The notes beneath the pieces are model-generated. The model was given only the letters and a program-made list of their open reading frames with translations. It was not told the origin of the DNA and ran no database searches. From Nannocystis sp. (GTDB lineage Bacteria; Myxococcota_A; Polyangia; Nannocystales; Nannocystaceae), in assembly GCF_016714285.1 (NCBI RefSeq), contig NZ_JADJNN010000012.1:26040-90039 (forward strand): 64,000 nt of DNA, given 5' to 3'. The position numbers and the translations under genes are program-made. Below are positions 29,832 to 39,982 of this stretch, one piece after another (the stretch's first letter is position 1; every line of letters begins with the position of its first letter).

Positions 29832-31697
29832 GTGCTGCGCGCGGGTCACAGGGGCGAGGCGCATGGCGCGGACGATCCGGATGTGCGCGGGCGCCGGAGC
29901 TCGCTGCGGCGCGCGCTGGCGCTGGTGGGCGTCGGGGTCGCGGCGAAGCTGGTGCTCGTCCTGCTGCGCGCGGCCGATGGGGAGGCGGCCGGGCTGCTCG
30001 GTCCCTGGGCGCCGCCGACCCTGCTGTACCAGGAGCTGTGGCCGGTGATCGGGCTCTACGGGCTCGATCGCGCGCTGCTGTCTCTCGGGACCTGGCTCAA
30101 GCGACCTGTCCTTGCGGACAGGCTGTGTTGGGGCCTGTACGCGCTGCTGGCGGTGTACACGGCGATCAACGTGCCGATCGCCCGGCAATTCTCGACGCCG
30201 CTGACCTACGCCTTCATCGAGGCGGCCGGGGGGGCGCTGCGCGACTCGATCGCGGCGTACGCGACGGCGAGCAACGTGGCGGCGCTGCTCGGGCTGCTGG
30301 CGCTGGTGCTGGTGGCTCCGCGGATCGTGCGGGCGCCGCGACGGCCCGTGGCGGCGGTCGTGGTCGGGGTGCTGGTGCTGGTGTTGGGGCCGATCGGGGC
30401 GCGGCGCAGCGAGACTCTCGGGCTGCATCGCGGGGCGGTGGCGACGTTGCTCCGGACCTCCTGGGCGCGCCTGGGGCCGCGTTCGGCGGCGCCCCGGGAC
30501 GGCGCGGCGGCGGCCATCGAGCTGCCGCCCGAGGGGCCGGGGCTCGAGCTCTCGCACCTGTCAGGTGCGGCCCGCGGCTACCACGTGATCTGGGTGATCC
30601 TCGAGTCGACCGGGGCGCGGCACCTGCCAGCCTACGGCGCGGCGATCGACGCGATGCCGCGGCTCGGCGAGCTGGCGCGCACGGGCCTGGTGTTCGAGCG
30701 CATGTACACGAGCTATCCGGAGAGCATCAAGAGCCTGCTGCCGATCCTGTGTGGGGCCGCTCCGGCGCCGTACAGCGCGGCGAGTGACTACGCGGCCGGG
30801 CTTGCGCCTTGCGCCGCGCTGCCGGCGACGCTGGCGGCGGCGGGCTATCGCACCGGGCTGTTTCACTCGGGGCGCTTCATGTATCTCGGGATGCAGGCGA
30901 TGGTGGAGGGGCGGGGCTTCGACGTGCTGGCCGACGCGGCGGAGATCGGCGGACCGTATGCGGCGAGCTTCGGCACCGACGACCGCTCGACCGCGCGGCG
31001 GGTGCTTGGGTTCATCGACGAGCGCGGCGAGCGGCCGGTGTTCGCGCTGTACATGCCGATCGCGGGGCACCACCCGTACCGCTCGCCGGGCGCGGGGACG
31101 CGGCCGTTCCCGGCGCACACGGAGGCGGAGCACCATCGCAATGACCTGCACGTCGGCGACGAGGCGCTCGGCGAATTGATCGACGGGGTGCGCGCGCGCG
31201 GGCTGATGGATCGGACGCTGTGGATCGTGATGGGCGACCACGGCGAGGCGTTCCACGAGCACCCGGGGAACTTCGCCCACTCGCTGTTCGTGTACGAGGA
31301 GAACGTGCACATCCCGGTGATCATCGTGGTGCCGGGGGCGCTGCGGCAGGCGTTGCGGGTGCCGCAGGTCGGCGGGACGATCGACCTGGCGCCGACGCTG
31401 CAGGACCTGCTCGGCCTGCCGCAGACCGGCGTCGGGCGATCGCTGCTGCGCGGCGAGCCGGGGGTGGCCCGCTTCTTCACCGATCACAGCACGCTGCTGC
31501 TCGGGCTGCGGCAAGATCGCTGGAAGTGCATCGTCGAGCCGGAGGCCGGGCGCACGCGGCTGTTCGACCTCGAGGCGGATCCTGGCGAGACGGTCGACCT
31601 CGCGGGACAGGAGCCGGCCCGCAGCGAACGCTACCGCGAGGCGCTGATGGCCTGGTCGGCGCAGCAGTCGGCGCGGCTCGGCACCCACCTGCGTTGA
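29832..31697 (+). CDS. membrane-anchored sulfatase/LTA-synthase-family (alkaline phosphatase superfamily) protein; start uncertain
   Basis: N-terminal polytopic TM region followed by a sulfatase-like domain (ILESTGARHL, MGDHGEAFHEH). Confidence 0.75.
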   Translation: MLRAGHRGEAHGADDPDVRGRRSSLRRALALVGVGVAAKLVLVLLRAADGEAAGLLGPWAPPTLLYQELWPVIGLYGLDRALLSLGTWLKRPVLADRLCWGLYALLAVYTAINVPIARQFSTPLTYAFIEAAGGALRDSIAAYATASNVAALLGLLALVLVAPRIVRAPRRPVAAVVVGVLVLVLGPIGARRSETLGLHRGAVATLLRTSWARLGPRSAAPRDGAAAAIELPPEGPGLELSHLSGAARGYHVIWVILESTGARHLPAYGAAIDAMPRLGELARTGLVFERMYTSYPESIKSLLPILCGAAPAPYSAASDYAAGLAPCAALPATLAAAGYRTGLFHSGRFMYLGMQAMVEGRGFDVLADAAEIGGPYAASFGTDDRSTARRVLGFIDERGERPVFALYMPIAGHHPYRSPGAGTRPFPAHTEAEHHRNDLHVGDEALGELIDGVRARGLMDRTLWIVMGDHGEAFHEHPGNFAHSLFVYEENVHIPVIIVVPGALRQALRVPQVGGTIDLAPTLQDLLGLPQTGVGRSLLRGEPGVARFFTDHSTLLLGLRQDRWKCIVEPEAGRTRLFDLEADPGETVDLAGQEPARSERYREALMAWSAQQSARLGTHLR

Positions 31698-31701
31698 GCG
31701 A

Positions 31702-32547
31702 TCACCACAGGCGCTGGCCCATGCGCAGGTGGGCGCCGAGCGGCGGCGGTAGGCCGGCGAGCGCGGGCGGGACCAGGAGGACCACGGTGGAGCCGAAGCT
31801 GAAGTGGCCGAGCTCCTCGCCGCGGGCGAAGTGGCGGCCCCAGGGCACGGGGTAGGGGCGGACGAAGTCGCGGCGCTCGCGGCCCTGCAGGTGGATGCCG
31901 CCGATCAGGCTGGCGCCGACCATGACGAGCAGGAACTCGGGGCCGGCGTCGCTGCGACAGCGCAGGGTGACCCGCTCGTTGCGCTCGTAGATCCGCGGGA
32001 TGTGGCGCAGGGCGTCCTGGTTCTGCGGGAAGGCGCGGCCGGAGATCCAGCGCAGATCGACGACGGTGCCGGCGAGCGGCATGTGCACGTAGTGGTAGCC
32101 GTGCGGGGTGAGGAAGATGGTGGTGTAGCGGCCGCCCTCGTAGTCGGCGAGCGGCAGCACCGGGCCGCGGCCGCTGGTGAGGCGGGCGAGCGACAGCGGG
32201 ACGCCCTTGATCTGGAGGATCGCGGCCTCGGCGATCGGTCCGGCGCCGACCACCACGCCGTCGACGGGGGCGATGAAGCCGTCGCCGATCGGGCGCGCGC
32301 CGGGTCGGAGGCGGCGCAGGAAGAAGGACTCGAGGCTGGCGAAGGGGCCGGGGAGGTAGTCGTCCATGCGGATCGCGGCGCGCTCGGTCCAGCGACGCAC
32401 GGCGAGGTCGATCGCCCAGCGCGGCCGCGTGGCCCGGGCGAGCGCGCGGCTGAGGCGGCCGAGCAGGCCGTGCGGCAAGTAGCGATAGAGGCGCAGGAAC
32501 GTGGCGCTGCGGTGCAGACGGAGCGTCCCGGGCCGGTGCCAGCGCAT
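31702..32547 (-). CDS. psd: phosphatidylserine decarboxylase
   Basis: FLTPHGYHYVHMP and C-terminal GSTVV pyruvoyl site motif. Confidence 0.9.
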   Translation of the reverse strand: MRWHRPGTLRLHRSATFLRLYRYLPHGLLGRLSRALARATRPRWAIDLAVRRWTERAAIRMDDYLPGPFASLESFFLRRLRPGARPIGDGFIAPVDGVVVGAGPIAEAAILQIKGVPLSLARLTSGRGPVLPLADYEGGRYTTIFLTPHGYHYVHMPLAGTVVDLRWISGRAFPQNQDALRHIPRIYERNERVTLRCRSDAGPEFLLVMVGASLIGGIHLQGRERRDFVRPYPVPWGRHFARGEELGHFSFGSTVVLLVPPALAGLPPPLGAHLRMGQRLW

Positions 32548-32621
32548 CGCTCGAGGGTAACACCGGGCGCCCGAGGAATACACGCTGTGGGCCCGCGGTA
32601 GCGCTCGCGGAGGGTGTCACG

Positions 32622-33494
32622 ATGGAGCTCGTGGGTCTCGGCGCGGCCGCGGGTCTGTGCCTGTGCACGATCTGGCTGGCGCCGGCGCAGGAGCTGCGCG
32701 CGGGCGAGGCGGCGCAGGCCAGGGTGAGCCAGGCGGCGGCGGCGAGTGAGCGTGTCGTGCCTGCGCCGCGGGTGTCGGCCGGGCTCATGCTGCGTGAGGA
32801 TCGATCGCCGGACACGGGTCCGAAGCTGCGGTCGATCGGCGGCGGGCGGCTCGTGCACGAGGACGGTCGCTTCACCGCGACGATCGCGGCGGACGGCAGC
32901 GTCCGGTTCAAGGATGTGTGGGTCAAGCCGAAGGTCGTGGTCGTGGGTCTCGATGTCCTGAGTGGCAAGGCGGACGAGTCGCAGCCGCGCGACGCGTTCG
33001 CGGAGCGGGCGGTGTACCCCTTTGGTCCGTCGACGGCGGCGATGCTCGGCGGCGGCGGCGGGGTGCCGGGGCTGGCGGACATGCTGATCGGGACGCGGCA
33101 CGCGGCCGCGAAGACCCGCTTCCTGCGCGCGACCGAGGCGCTGCGCATGCGGATGGCGTACGCGTGGCTGCGGCAGCAGCTGGAGGCGCAGCTCGGCGAG
33201 CTGGTGCCGCGCATGCTGGCGATCTGGCACGACCGGTCGCTCGCGCTGGCGGAGCGGCGGCGGCGGATCTTCGTCGCGTGGGACGAGTGCGCCGAGGCGA
33301 GCGCGAGCCCGGGCTCGCCCGCGGAGGCGCTGCGCGGGGAGGCGGCGATGCAGGCCCGCGATCGCATCGAGCGGCTGGTGCGGACGATCGCCCCGTCCGG
33401 ATCGCCGCAGCAGTTCACGCCGGCCGAGCTGGAAGCGCTGAACGCGGGGCGTCGCAGTCGGCGGCGCTTCGAGCCGTACGCGGCGGGGCCGTGA
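32622..33494 (+). CDS. hypothetical secreted protein
   Basis: Signal-like N-terminus. Coding-like composition. No recognisable motif. Confidence 0.5.
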   Translation: MELVGLGAAAGLCLCTIWLAPAQELRAGEAAQARVSQAAAASERVVPAPRVSAGLMLREDRSPDTGPKLRSIGGGRLVHEDGRFTATIAADGSVRFKDVWVKPKVVVVGLDVLSGKADESQPRDAFAERAVYPFGPSTAAMLGGGGGVPGLADMLIGTRHAAAKTRFLRATEALRMRMAYAWLRQQLEAQLGELVPRMLAIWHDRSLALAERRRRIFVAWDECAEASASPGSPAEALRGEAAMQARDRIERLVRTIAPSGSPQQFTPAELEALNAGRRSRRRFEPYAAGP

Positions 33495-33509
33495 GGGCCG
33501 GGCCAGTGA

Positions 33510-34772
33510 TCAGATCGCTGGTGTCGAGGTGCCGCGCGGGTGCACGAGGTTCAGGCGCTTGAGCAGCGGCCAGGAGACGACGACGCCGGGGCCGCGGCGG
33601 CGCCACAGCCAGTCGTGGACCAGGCGCGGCGGGCCGGCGGCGCTGTAGACCGCGGCCCGGTCGCCGACCAGGGCGAGCGGGACGATCACGAGGTCGTGGG
33701 TCTGCGGCGCGCGCGGGTCCCAGGTGGCGTGCACGAGCTCGACCGCGAGGTGGCCGCTGGCGGCCAGGTGGGCGCGGGCGCGGGCGAGGTGGCCGGCGTC
33801 GGCGTCGACGATCGTGACGCGGGCGGCTGGCCACACGCGGGCCAGGGCGAGGGCGGTGCGCGGGAACAGGCCGCCGCCGATGACGGCGATCCGGACGGGC
33901 CTTCGGGACAGGTCGGATGGGACATGTCCTGGAGGACAGGTGGCGGGATCGTGGGACAGGTCGGAGGGGACATGTCCCGGGAGACAGGTGGCGAGCTCGG
34001 GCATCAGCCGCGCGAGGGCGCGGGCGTGGCTGGCGACCAGGCGGGCTTGCAGGCGCGGGCTGCGGAGGGCGAGGCGCTCGAGGCCCCCGAGGCCGCGGGC
34101 GAGGGCGCTGGCGAGGGCGAGGTGCAGGCCGCGGAGCACCGGGGGCCAGGGGCTGCGCGGGGCGTCGGCGAGGCGGCGGGCGGGGAGGGCGGTCCAGTGG
34201 GCGCCGGGCCAGCGGTGGTGCTCGGCGTGGAGGCCGTCGTTGAGCCACAGGAGGTTGTAGAGGCGGCCGTCGTGGGAGACGCCGCCGCGAGCGGCGAAGG
34301 GGTGCTCGCCCAGGCCCTGGAGCTGGCACAGGCCGAGGCCGAGGAGGAAGCCGGGGAGGTAGACGAGGAGCAGGAAGCGGGGGGCGAGGACGGCGAGGGC
34401 GAGCCAGAGGTGGGCGACGGCGGCGAGCTCGAGGCTGCCCTGGAGGCCGAGGCGGAGCGGGCCGGGGGCCTCGCCGCGGTGGTGGGCGAGGTGGCGGGCG
34501 CGCCAGATCGTCTGCGGCACGCCGGTGAGCAGGGACAGGGCCAGCGAGAACAGGCGGTTGGGCAGCCGCGCCCGGAACACCGGGGTGTGCAGGTGGATGT
34601 GCGCGGCGGTGTTGGAGACCCACCAGACGACCAGGCCGATCGCACAGGTCGCAAGGGACATGCCCCAGAGGCCATGTCCCGAGAGCCAGACGGTGAGCGG
34701 GGCGAGCAGGGCCAGGAGGGCCGGGAGCGCGACGACCCAGGCGTCGCGCGGGCTGTGGCGCCAGCGCGGCAC
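33510..34772 (-). CDS. fatty acid desaturase-like membrane protein (His boxes HLAHH, HAEHH) fused to a C-terminal Rossmann-like domain, with in-frame repeat insertion
   Basis: GTG start 3 nt after the upstream stop. Three histidine boxes. C-terminal VRIAVIGGG. The interdomain peptide TCLPGHVPSDLSHDPATCPPGHVPSDLS is encoded by palindromic repeats. Confidence 0.65.
   Translation of the reverse strand: MPRWRHSPRDAWVVALPALLALLAPLTVWLSGHGLWGMSLATCAIGLVVWWVSNTAAHIHLHTPVFRARLPNRLFSLALSLLTGVPQTIWRARHLAHHRGEAPGPLRLGLQGSLELAAVAHLWLALAVLAPRFLLLVYLPGFLLGLGLCQLQGLGEHPFAARGGVSHDGRLYNLLWLNDGLHAEHHRWPGAHWTALPARRLADAPRSPWPPVLRGLHLALASALARGLGGLERLALRSPRLQARLVASHARALARLMPELATCLPGHVPSDLSHDPATCPPGHVPSDLSRRPVRIAVIGGGLFPRTALALARVWPAARVTIVDADAGHLARARAHLAASGHLAVELVHATWDPRAPQTHDLVIVPLALVGDRAAVYSAAGPPRLVHDWLWRRRGPGVVVSWPLLKRLNLVHPRGTSTPAI
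33899..33998. repeat. two about 45 bp copies of a gggacaggtcgga-gggacatgtcc-(t/c)gg(a/g)agacaggtggc element, in frame within a CDS
   Basis: Seen directly. Contains perfect palindromes GGGACATGTCC. Confidence 0.8.
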
Positions 34773-34775
34773 GGG

Positions 34776-35675
34776 CTAGGCGCGGCGGCGGCGGAGGCCG
34801 AGGACGCCGAGGAGGGCGAGCGCGGCGAGGCCGGGGCGGGCCGGGGCGGCGCTGTCACAGGCGCAGCCGCCCTTGTCGTCCGCGCCGCTGGTGTCGGTGG
34901 CGGTGGCGGTGGCGGTGGTGTTGTTGCCGCCGCTGGTGGAGCCGGCGCCGCCTTCGGTGGGTGCGGAGGTGGCGGGGGCAGTGTCGCTGCCGCTGCCGCT
35001 GCCGGCGCCGCCGGTGCTCGCGTCGGTGGTGGCCGGGGTGCCGCTGGTGGAGCCGGGGTCGCCGCTGGTGGAGCCGGGGGCGGTGGTGGTCTCGGGGGGC
35101 GCGGTGGTGGTCTCCGGAGTGCCGGTGGAGCCGAGCTCACCGGTGGAGCCGGGGTCGCCGGTGCCCGAGGTGGTGCCCGGCGGCGGATCGTCGGGCGGCG
35201 GGTTCTCGACCTGCCAGGCCTTGATCGCGGCGCAGGGGGAGAAGCCCTGGACCACGCCGAGCGCGATCGGGTAGGCGTCGGGCTTCTGCTCGGGGTCCAT
35301 CGCGGGGCGCACCGTGCCGTTGTTGAGCTGGCTGTTGTCACCCCAGCCGCGGCAAATGTCGTCGCTGCCGACGGCCTTCTGCAGCTCGGTCCATTGCATG
35401 AGGCACATCGGTTGCTCCTTGGGCAGCGCGCAGTTGTAGAGCATGTAGCCGTACTGCGGGACCGAGTAGCCGGGGTAGTCGGGGAAGTCGGGCTGCTGGT
35501 TGGCCACCATGAACACGCCGTCGATGCGGACGACCGGGACCTTCATGTTGGGATCGAAGGTGACCTTGTCGAGGCGGCCCCACACGCCGGCGGGGGAGCT
35601 GGCGTGGGCGACGGAGGCGAGGCCCAGGGTGGTGAGCACAGCGGCGAGGAGGGGGACGCGGCGCAGGTAAGTCAT
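34776..35675 (-). CDS. secreted protein with MYXO-CTERM sorting signal
   Basis: Signal peptide. Gly/Thr/Ser-rich region. C-terminal GGCACDS...LAALALLGVLGLRRRRA. GGAGCTG RBS. Confidence 0.85.
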   Translation of the reverse strand: MTYLRRVPLLAAVLTTLGLASVAHASSPAGVWGRLDKVTFDPNMKVPVVRIDGVFMVANQQPDFPDYPGYSVPQYGYMLYNCALPKEQPMCLMQWTELQKAVGSDDICRGWGDNSQLNNGTVRPAMDPEQKPDAYPIALGVVQGFSPCAAIKAWQVENPPPDDPPPGTTSGTGDPGSTGELGSTGTPETTTAPPETTTAPGSTSGDPGSTSGTPATTDASTGGAGSGSGSDTAPATSAPTEGGAGSTSGGNNTTATATATDTSGADDKGGCACDSAAPARPGLAALALLGVLGLRRRRA

Positions 35676-35789
35676 GGACAGCTCCAATGCGGCGAAGGGA
35701 GGGCCGGCAGCCGACCGTATCACAGCGGCGCGGACCGCGATGGCGGCCGACGGTCCGTGGTCGTTGGCGCGTCGCGGAGAACGCGCTAC

Positions 35790-35830
35790 GACCTGGGGCA
35801 AGCCCCTAGAGGCGCCGCTTGTGATAATGA
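35790..35830 (+). promoter_or_regulatory. possible promoter (-10-like TGTGATAAT) upstream of the RIO kinase gene
   Basis: gcttgtgataatgaggcgaacccc ATG. An AT-rich hexamer that is rare in this 70% GC background. Confidence 0.2.
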
Positions 35831-35840
35831 GGCGAACCCC

Positions 35841-37190
35841 ATGCGCACCCCGGAGGCCCTGGAGACGCTCGTCGAGTACGGCATCGTCGAGGAGGTGCTG
35901 CGCCCGCTGATGAGCGGCAAAGAGGCGCAGATCTTCCTCGTGCGATCGGCCGGCGAGCTGCGCGTGGCGAAGATCTACAAGGACGCGGAGCAGCGGTCGT
36001 TTCGCCAGCGCAGCGACTACACCGAGGGCCGCACGACCCGCAACACGCGCGACCGCCGGGCGATGGCCAAGCACTCGCGCCACGGCAAGGCCCAGGACGA
36101 GGCGGCCTGGCGATCGGCGGAGGTCAACGCGATCTATCGCCTGAGCGAGGCGGGCGTGCGCGTGCCGGTGCCGTACCACTTCATCGACGGCGTGCTGGTG
36201 ATGGAGCTGGTCCGCGATCACGAGGGCCAGCCGGCGCCGCGCCTCGGCGACCTGGTGTACGCGCCCGCGGTGGCCCAGCAGATCTTCGACATCCTGCTCG
36301 CTGCGGTGGTGCGGATGCTCTGCGCCGGGGTCGTGCACGGCGATCTGTCCGAGTTCAATGTGCTGATGGCCGCGGACGGGCCGGTGGTGATCGACTTCCC
36401 GCAGGCGGTCGACCCGGCGAGCAACCTGAGCGCGCGCAAGCTGCTCATCCGCGACGTCGATAATCTCCACACTTTCCTCGGCCGACACTTTCGCGGCTAC
36501 CGCCCGCTGCCCTACGCGCAGGAGATGTGGGAGCTGTATCAGCAGAACCTGCTGACCCCGGAGACGCGCCTGCGCGGGCGGGTGTCGGCGTCGCAGCGGC
36601 CGACGAATACGTCGGAGGTGCTGGCGCTGATCGGCGACGCGGAGCGCGAGCAACGGCGGCGCAGCGGGGCGGCGCCGCAGGGGGCGTCGCAGCGGGGGTC
36701 GCCCTCGGGGCCGCGCGGGTCGCAGGGGTCGCAGGGTCAGCAGGGTTCGCGGGGTCCGCAGGGATCGCGGGCATCGCAGGCTCCGCGGGCATCGCAGGCT
36801 CCGCGACAGCAGCCAGATCGTGGTGGGCCGCGCGGGCCGAAGGTCGAGGTGGTGGTGAAGCGCGGCGGGAGCTCGCAGCAGGACGCTCGACGCGACGAGG
36901 CCGCGAGGCCGGCGCAGGAGCCGCGGCGTGACGGGGCTGCGGCGCCGGCTCGCCAGGAGCCGCGACGCGACGGGGCTGCGGCGCCGGCTCGCCAGGAGCC
37001 GCGACGCGACGGGGCTGCGGCGCCGGCTCGGCAGGACGCGCGGGCCGGGGTGCGTGAGGCGAAGGCGCCAGTACAGGATGCCCAGGGCACGGCGGCGGCG
37101 CAGGACCCCAGCGCGGACGAGGGCGCGTCGCGACGGCGGCGACGTCGGCGCTCGCGCGGATCGGCGGCCAGCGACGCGCCGGGGGCCTGA
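35841..37190 (+). CDS. RIO-type atypical serine protein kinase with repetitive charged C-terminal tail
   Basis: RIO motifs VHGDLSEFNVL and IDFPQAV. Confidence 0.8.
   Translation: MRTPEALETLVEYGIVEEVLRPLMSGKEAQIFLVRSAGELRVAKIYKDAEQRSFRQRSDYTEGRTTRNTRDRRAMAKHSRHGKAQDEAAWRSAEVNAIYRLSEAGVRVPVPYHFIDGVLVMELVRDHEGQPAPRLGDLVYAPAVAQQIFDILLAAVVRMLCAGVVHGDLSEFNVLMAADGPVVIDFPQAVDPASNLSARKLLIRDVDNLHTFLGRHFRGYRPLPYAQEMWELYQQNLLTPETRLRGRVSASQRPTNTSEVLALIGDAEREQRRRSGAAPQGASQRGSPSGPRGSQGSQGQQGSRGPQGSRASQAPRASQAPRQQPDRGGPRGPKVEVVVKRGGSSQQDARRDEAARPAQEPRRDGAAAPARQEPRRDGAAAPARQEPRRDGAAAPARQDARAGVREAKAPVQDAQGTAAAQDPSADEGASRRRRRRRSRGSAASDAPGA
36930..37040. repeat. 39 bp tandem repeat x about 3 encoding (RDGAAAPARQEPR)
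   Basis: gacggggctgcggcgccggctcgccaggagccgcgacgc repeated. Confidence 0.85.
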
Positions 37191-37244
37191 GGGCGAGGAC
37201 GAGGGAGCCACCGCTCGTGGTGCCCACTGGGGTACACTGGCCCA

Positions 37245-38158
37245 ATGACACCGCTCCGATGGCGATGCGCATGTCAGCTCGGAGCGGGCGTTGCGCTCGC
37301 GGTGACGTCGGGTTGCGGACCCGTCCAGCCGCTCGCCGAGACCAGCGCCACGGTGGCGGCCGGTACCAGCGATACGAGCAATGGCAGCACCACGAGCGGG
37401 ACGCCGCCGACTGGCAGCACGACCAGCACGACCAGCACGACCAGCACCGATACCAGCGGCATCGACGACGGCACGTTCATCGTCAAGTCGGACTTCCAGG
37501 GTCCCGAGATGGAGTGCGATATCTACGCGCAGGACTGTCCCGCGGGCCAGAAGTGCGCCTGGTGGGGCGTGGGCACCTGGGACGCGACAAAGTGCGTCGA
37601 GGTGACGGGTGACAAGGTGCCGGGCGAGGCGTGCACGCCCGTCGGTGGACCGACCAGCGGCATCGACGATTGCGTCGCCGGCGCGTGGTGCTGGAATGTC
37701 GACAGCATGAATATCGGCACCTGCGTGGCATTGTGCACGGGTAGCGAGGAGGCCTTGACCTGCCCGCCTGGCTTTGTCTGTCTGACCTCGCGGCTCATCG
37801 CCATCTGCTATGAGACCTGCGATCCGCTGTTGCAGGACTGCGAGCGAGACGACGCGCTCTGTCTCCCCGATGGCTTCGAGGGGTTCGCGTATTGCTCCCG
37901 CGACGGGGCGGGCTCGCGGGGGTGGCCAACGATCCTTGCAAGGGTCTCGACGACTGCGCGCCTGGCTACGCTTGCCGCCCGAGCGCCGAGGCGCCCAAGG
38001 CGTGCCTCCAGGACTTCTACGGCTGCTGCCAGCCCTTCTGCGAGTTCCCGGGCGGCGATTGTCCGAACCCCGATCAGCAGTGTCGACAGTGGTACGACCC
38101 GATGAACGAGCTGCCGGCGGGGGCCGAGAAGCTCGGTGTCTGCGCCATCCCGGCGTGA
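37245..38158 (+). pseudogene. Cys-rich secreted lipoprotein interrupted by a -1 frameshift in the G5 run at 37918-37922 (probable homopolymer sequencing error)
   Basis: The N-terminal frame (37245...) and C-terminal frame (37892..38158) are both clearly coding. Inserting one G restores ...DGAGSRGVANDPCKGLDDCAPGYACRP... Confidence 0.7.
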
Positions 38159-38239
38159 CTCGGCGGCGAGGCGACGAGCGAAGCGAGCCTGGCCCGAAGG
38201 CCAGGCTCGCTGGTTGGCTGTCCCGGGGGACAGGTGAGC

Positions 38240-39982
38240 TCAGCGCTGGGGCAGGCGCGGGAAGCCGCCGTCGCCCTGGCCGGGGGTCTTGGCCGGGGGC
38301 GGCGCGGCCTGGTCGACGCTGCGGCGGACGATGTCGCCGGCGACGTCGCGGCCGCCGAGGCCGAAGGCGAGGGCCATGGCCAGGCACAGGCCGCCGAACA
38401 GCAGGCCGAAGGCGAGCAGGACGAACTCGGGGGCCACGTCGAGCTGGTGGACGGCCATGGTGAAGGCGAAGACCAGCACGGCGTAGCGGGCGAACTCGCC
38501 GAGCCAGCGGCTCTGGGTCTCGCCGGGGGCGGCGCTGCGGGCCCGCACGAGGTCGCGGACGTAGTTGCCGATCGCCACGCCGACGCCGACGATCGCGACC
38601 GCGACGAGCACGTGCTTGAGCAGGTAACCGAGGAAGCCGTTGAGGTAGTGCGACCAGGTGTCGAGCTCGAGGTTGTCGCAGGCCTGGGCGGTGGCGAGGA
38701 GGATCACGGCGAGCTGGACCAGGAAACCGACCAGCTCGCTCGGGCGCTCGAGGTTGTCGGCGCGCGGGCTGAGGGCGGGGAAGCCGAGGCGGGCGGCGAG
38801 GTCGTCGAAGCCGAGGTTCTTGAGGGTGGCCGCGGCGGCGCCGCGCAGCAGGCGGCCGATGAACACGCCGGCGAACACCACCAGGGCGGACACGGCGAGG
38901 TTCGGGAGGAGCAGCCAGAAGCGGGCCATCATCGCGGTGAGCGGGCCGCTGAGGGTGACGAGGCCGAGCTCGTTGAGCGCGGCGACGCTGGTCTGGAACA
39001 CGATGAAGGCCATGGCGAGCAGGCCGACGACGGCGCTCGGGCGGGTGTGGCCGAACAGCTTGCCGAGGCCGAGGCGGTCGACGAGGCGGTTGAAGCCGAG
39101 GCTGTCGAGGAGGTTGTGGAGGACGACGCGGACGACGCGGCCGAGGACGTAGCCGGCGAGCACGAGCAGGGCGGCGAAGCCGAGCGAGGGGACGACGGCG
39201 ATGACGCGGTCGAGGGCGTTGTGCAGCGGCTCGGAGATCGGGGTGATGTGGAGGGCATCGAAGGCGCCAGCGAGGCCGGCGACCATGACGAGCCAGAACA
39301 CGATGTCGCCGGCGGCGCGCGAGAAGGGCTTGGCGTCGGCGGCGGGGGCGTCGGCGGCGGGCTGGTCGGGGCTGCTGAGCTCGGCGAAGCGGGCGTCGAG
39401 GCGCAGGCCGGAGATCGCGGCGCCGACGAGGCGGCTGAGGATGAGGCCGGCGAAGTAGGCGATGACGACGATCAGCGCGGCCTTGCCGACCAGCGGGAGG
39501 GCCTGGATCACGGTGTCGACGAGGCCCTGGATCGGACCGGCGGCCTGGCTGAGGCCGGCGAACTGCAGCACGCCGACGACGACGAGCAGCATCAACATGT
39601 AATAGACGACGCGGGCGATGGCCCGCTCGAGCGCGTTGGGCTGGCTCGGCTTGCCGGCGGGCTGGCCGTCGCTGAGCACGCCGAGGTGCAGCTTGGCGGC
39701 CAGCTTGTTGTCGAGGCTGGTGCGACACAGGCCGCGGTACACGGCGAAGGAGATGAGCTTGGCGACCAGCCAGCCGCCGAGGAAGAGCAGCAGCGAGAGC
39801 AGCACCTGCTTGCCGACGACGAGCGCGTCGCTCGAGAGCAGGTCCTGGACGGAGTCCCACCAGGTCGGCCCGCTCGGCGCGCCGGGGCGAGGTACGGGCG
39901 CCGGGGTGGCGGCGTGGGCGAGGCCCGAGGTCCATGCGGACGCTCCGAGCAGCAGGGTCAGGACACATCGTTGCAGCTTCAC
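38240..39982 (-). CDS. polytopic membrane protein with repeated conserved-TM-helix modules (MscS-associated type)
   Basis: GTG start and signal peptide. Multiple paired TM helices with an ...LGFxxL... pattern. Confidence 0.6.
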   Translation of the reverse strand: MKLQRCVLTLLLGASAWTSGLAHAATPAPVPRPGAPSGPTWWDSVQDLLSSDALVVGKQVLLSLLLFLGGWLVAKLISFAVYRGLCRTSLDNKLAAKLHLGVLSDGQPAGKPSQPNALERAIARVVYYMLMLLVVVGVLQFAGLSQAAGPIQGLVDTVIQALPLVGKAALIVVIAYFAGLILSRLVGAAISGLRLDARFAELSSPDQPAADAPAADAKPFSRAAGDIVFWLVMVAGLAGAFDALHITPISEPLHNALDRVIAVVPSLGFAALLVLAGYVLGRVVRVVLHNLLDSLGFNRLVDRLGLGKLFGHTRPSAVVGLLAMAFIVFQTSVAALNELGLVTLSGPLTAMMARFWLLLPNLAVSALVVFAGVFIGRLLRGAAAATLKNLGFDDLAARLGFPALSPRADNLERPSELVGFLVQLAVILLATAQACDNLELDTWSHYLNGFLGYLLKHVLVAVAIVGVGVAIGNYVRDLVRARSAAPGETQSRWLGEFARYAVLVFAFTMAVHQLDVAPEFVLLAFGLLFGGLCLAMALAFGLGGRDVAGDIVRRSVDQAAPPPAKTPGQGDGGFPRLPQR

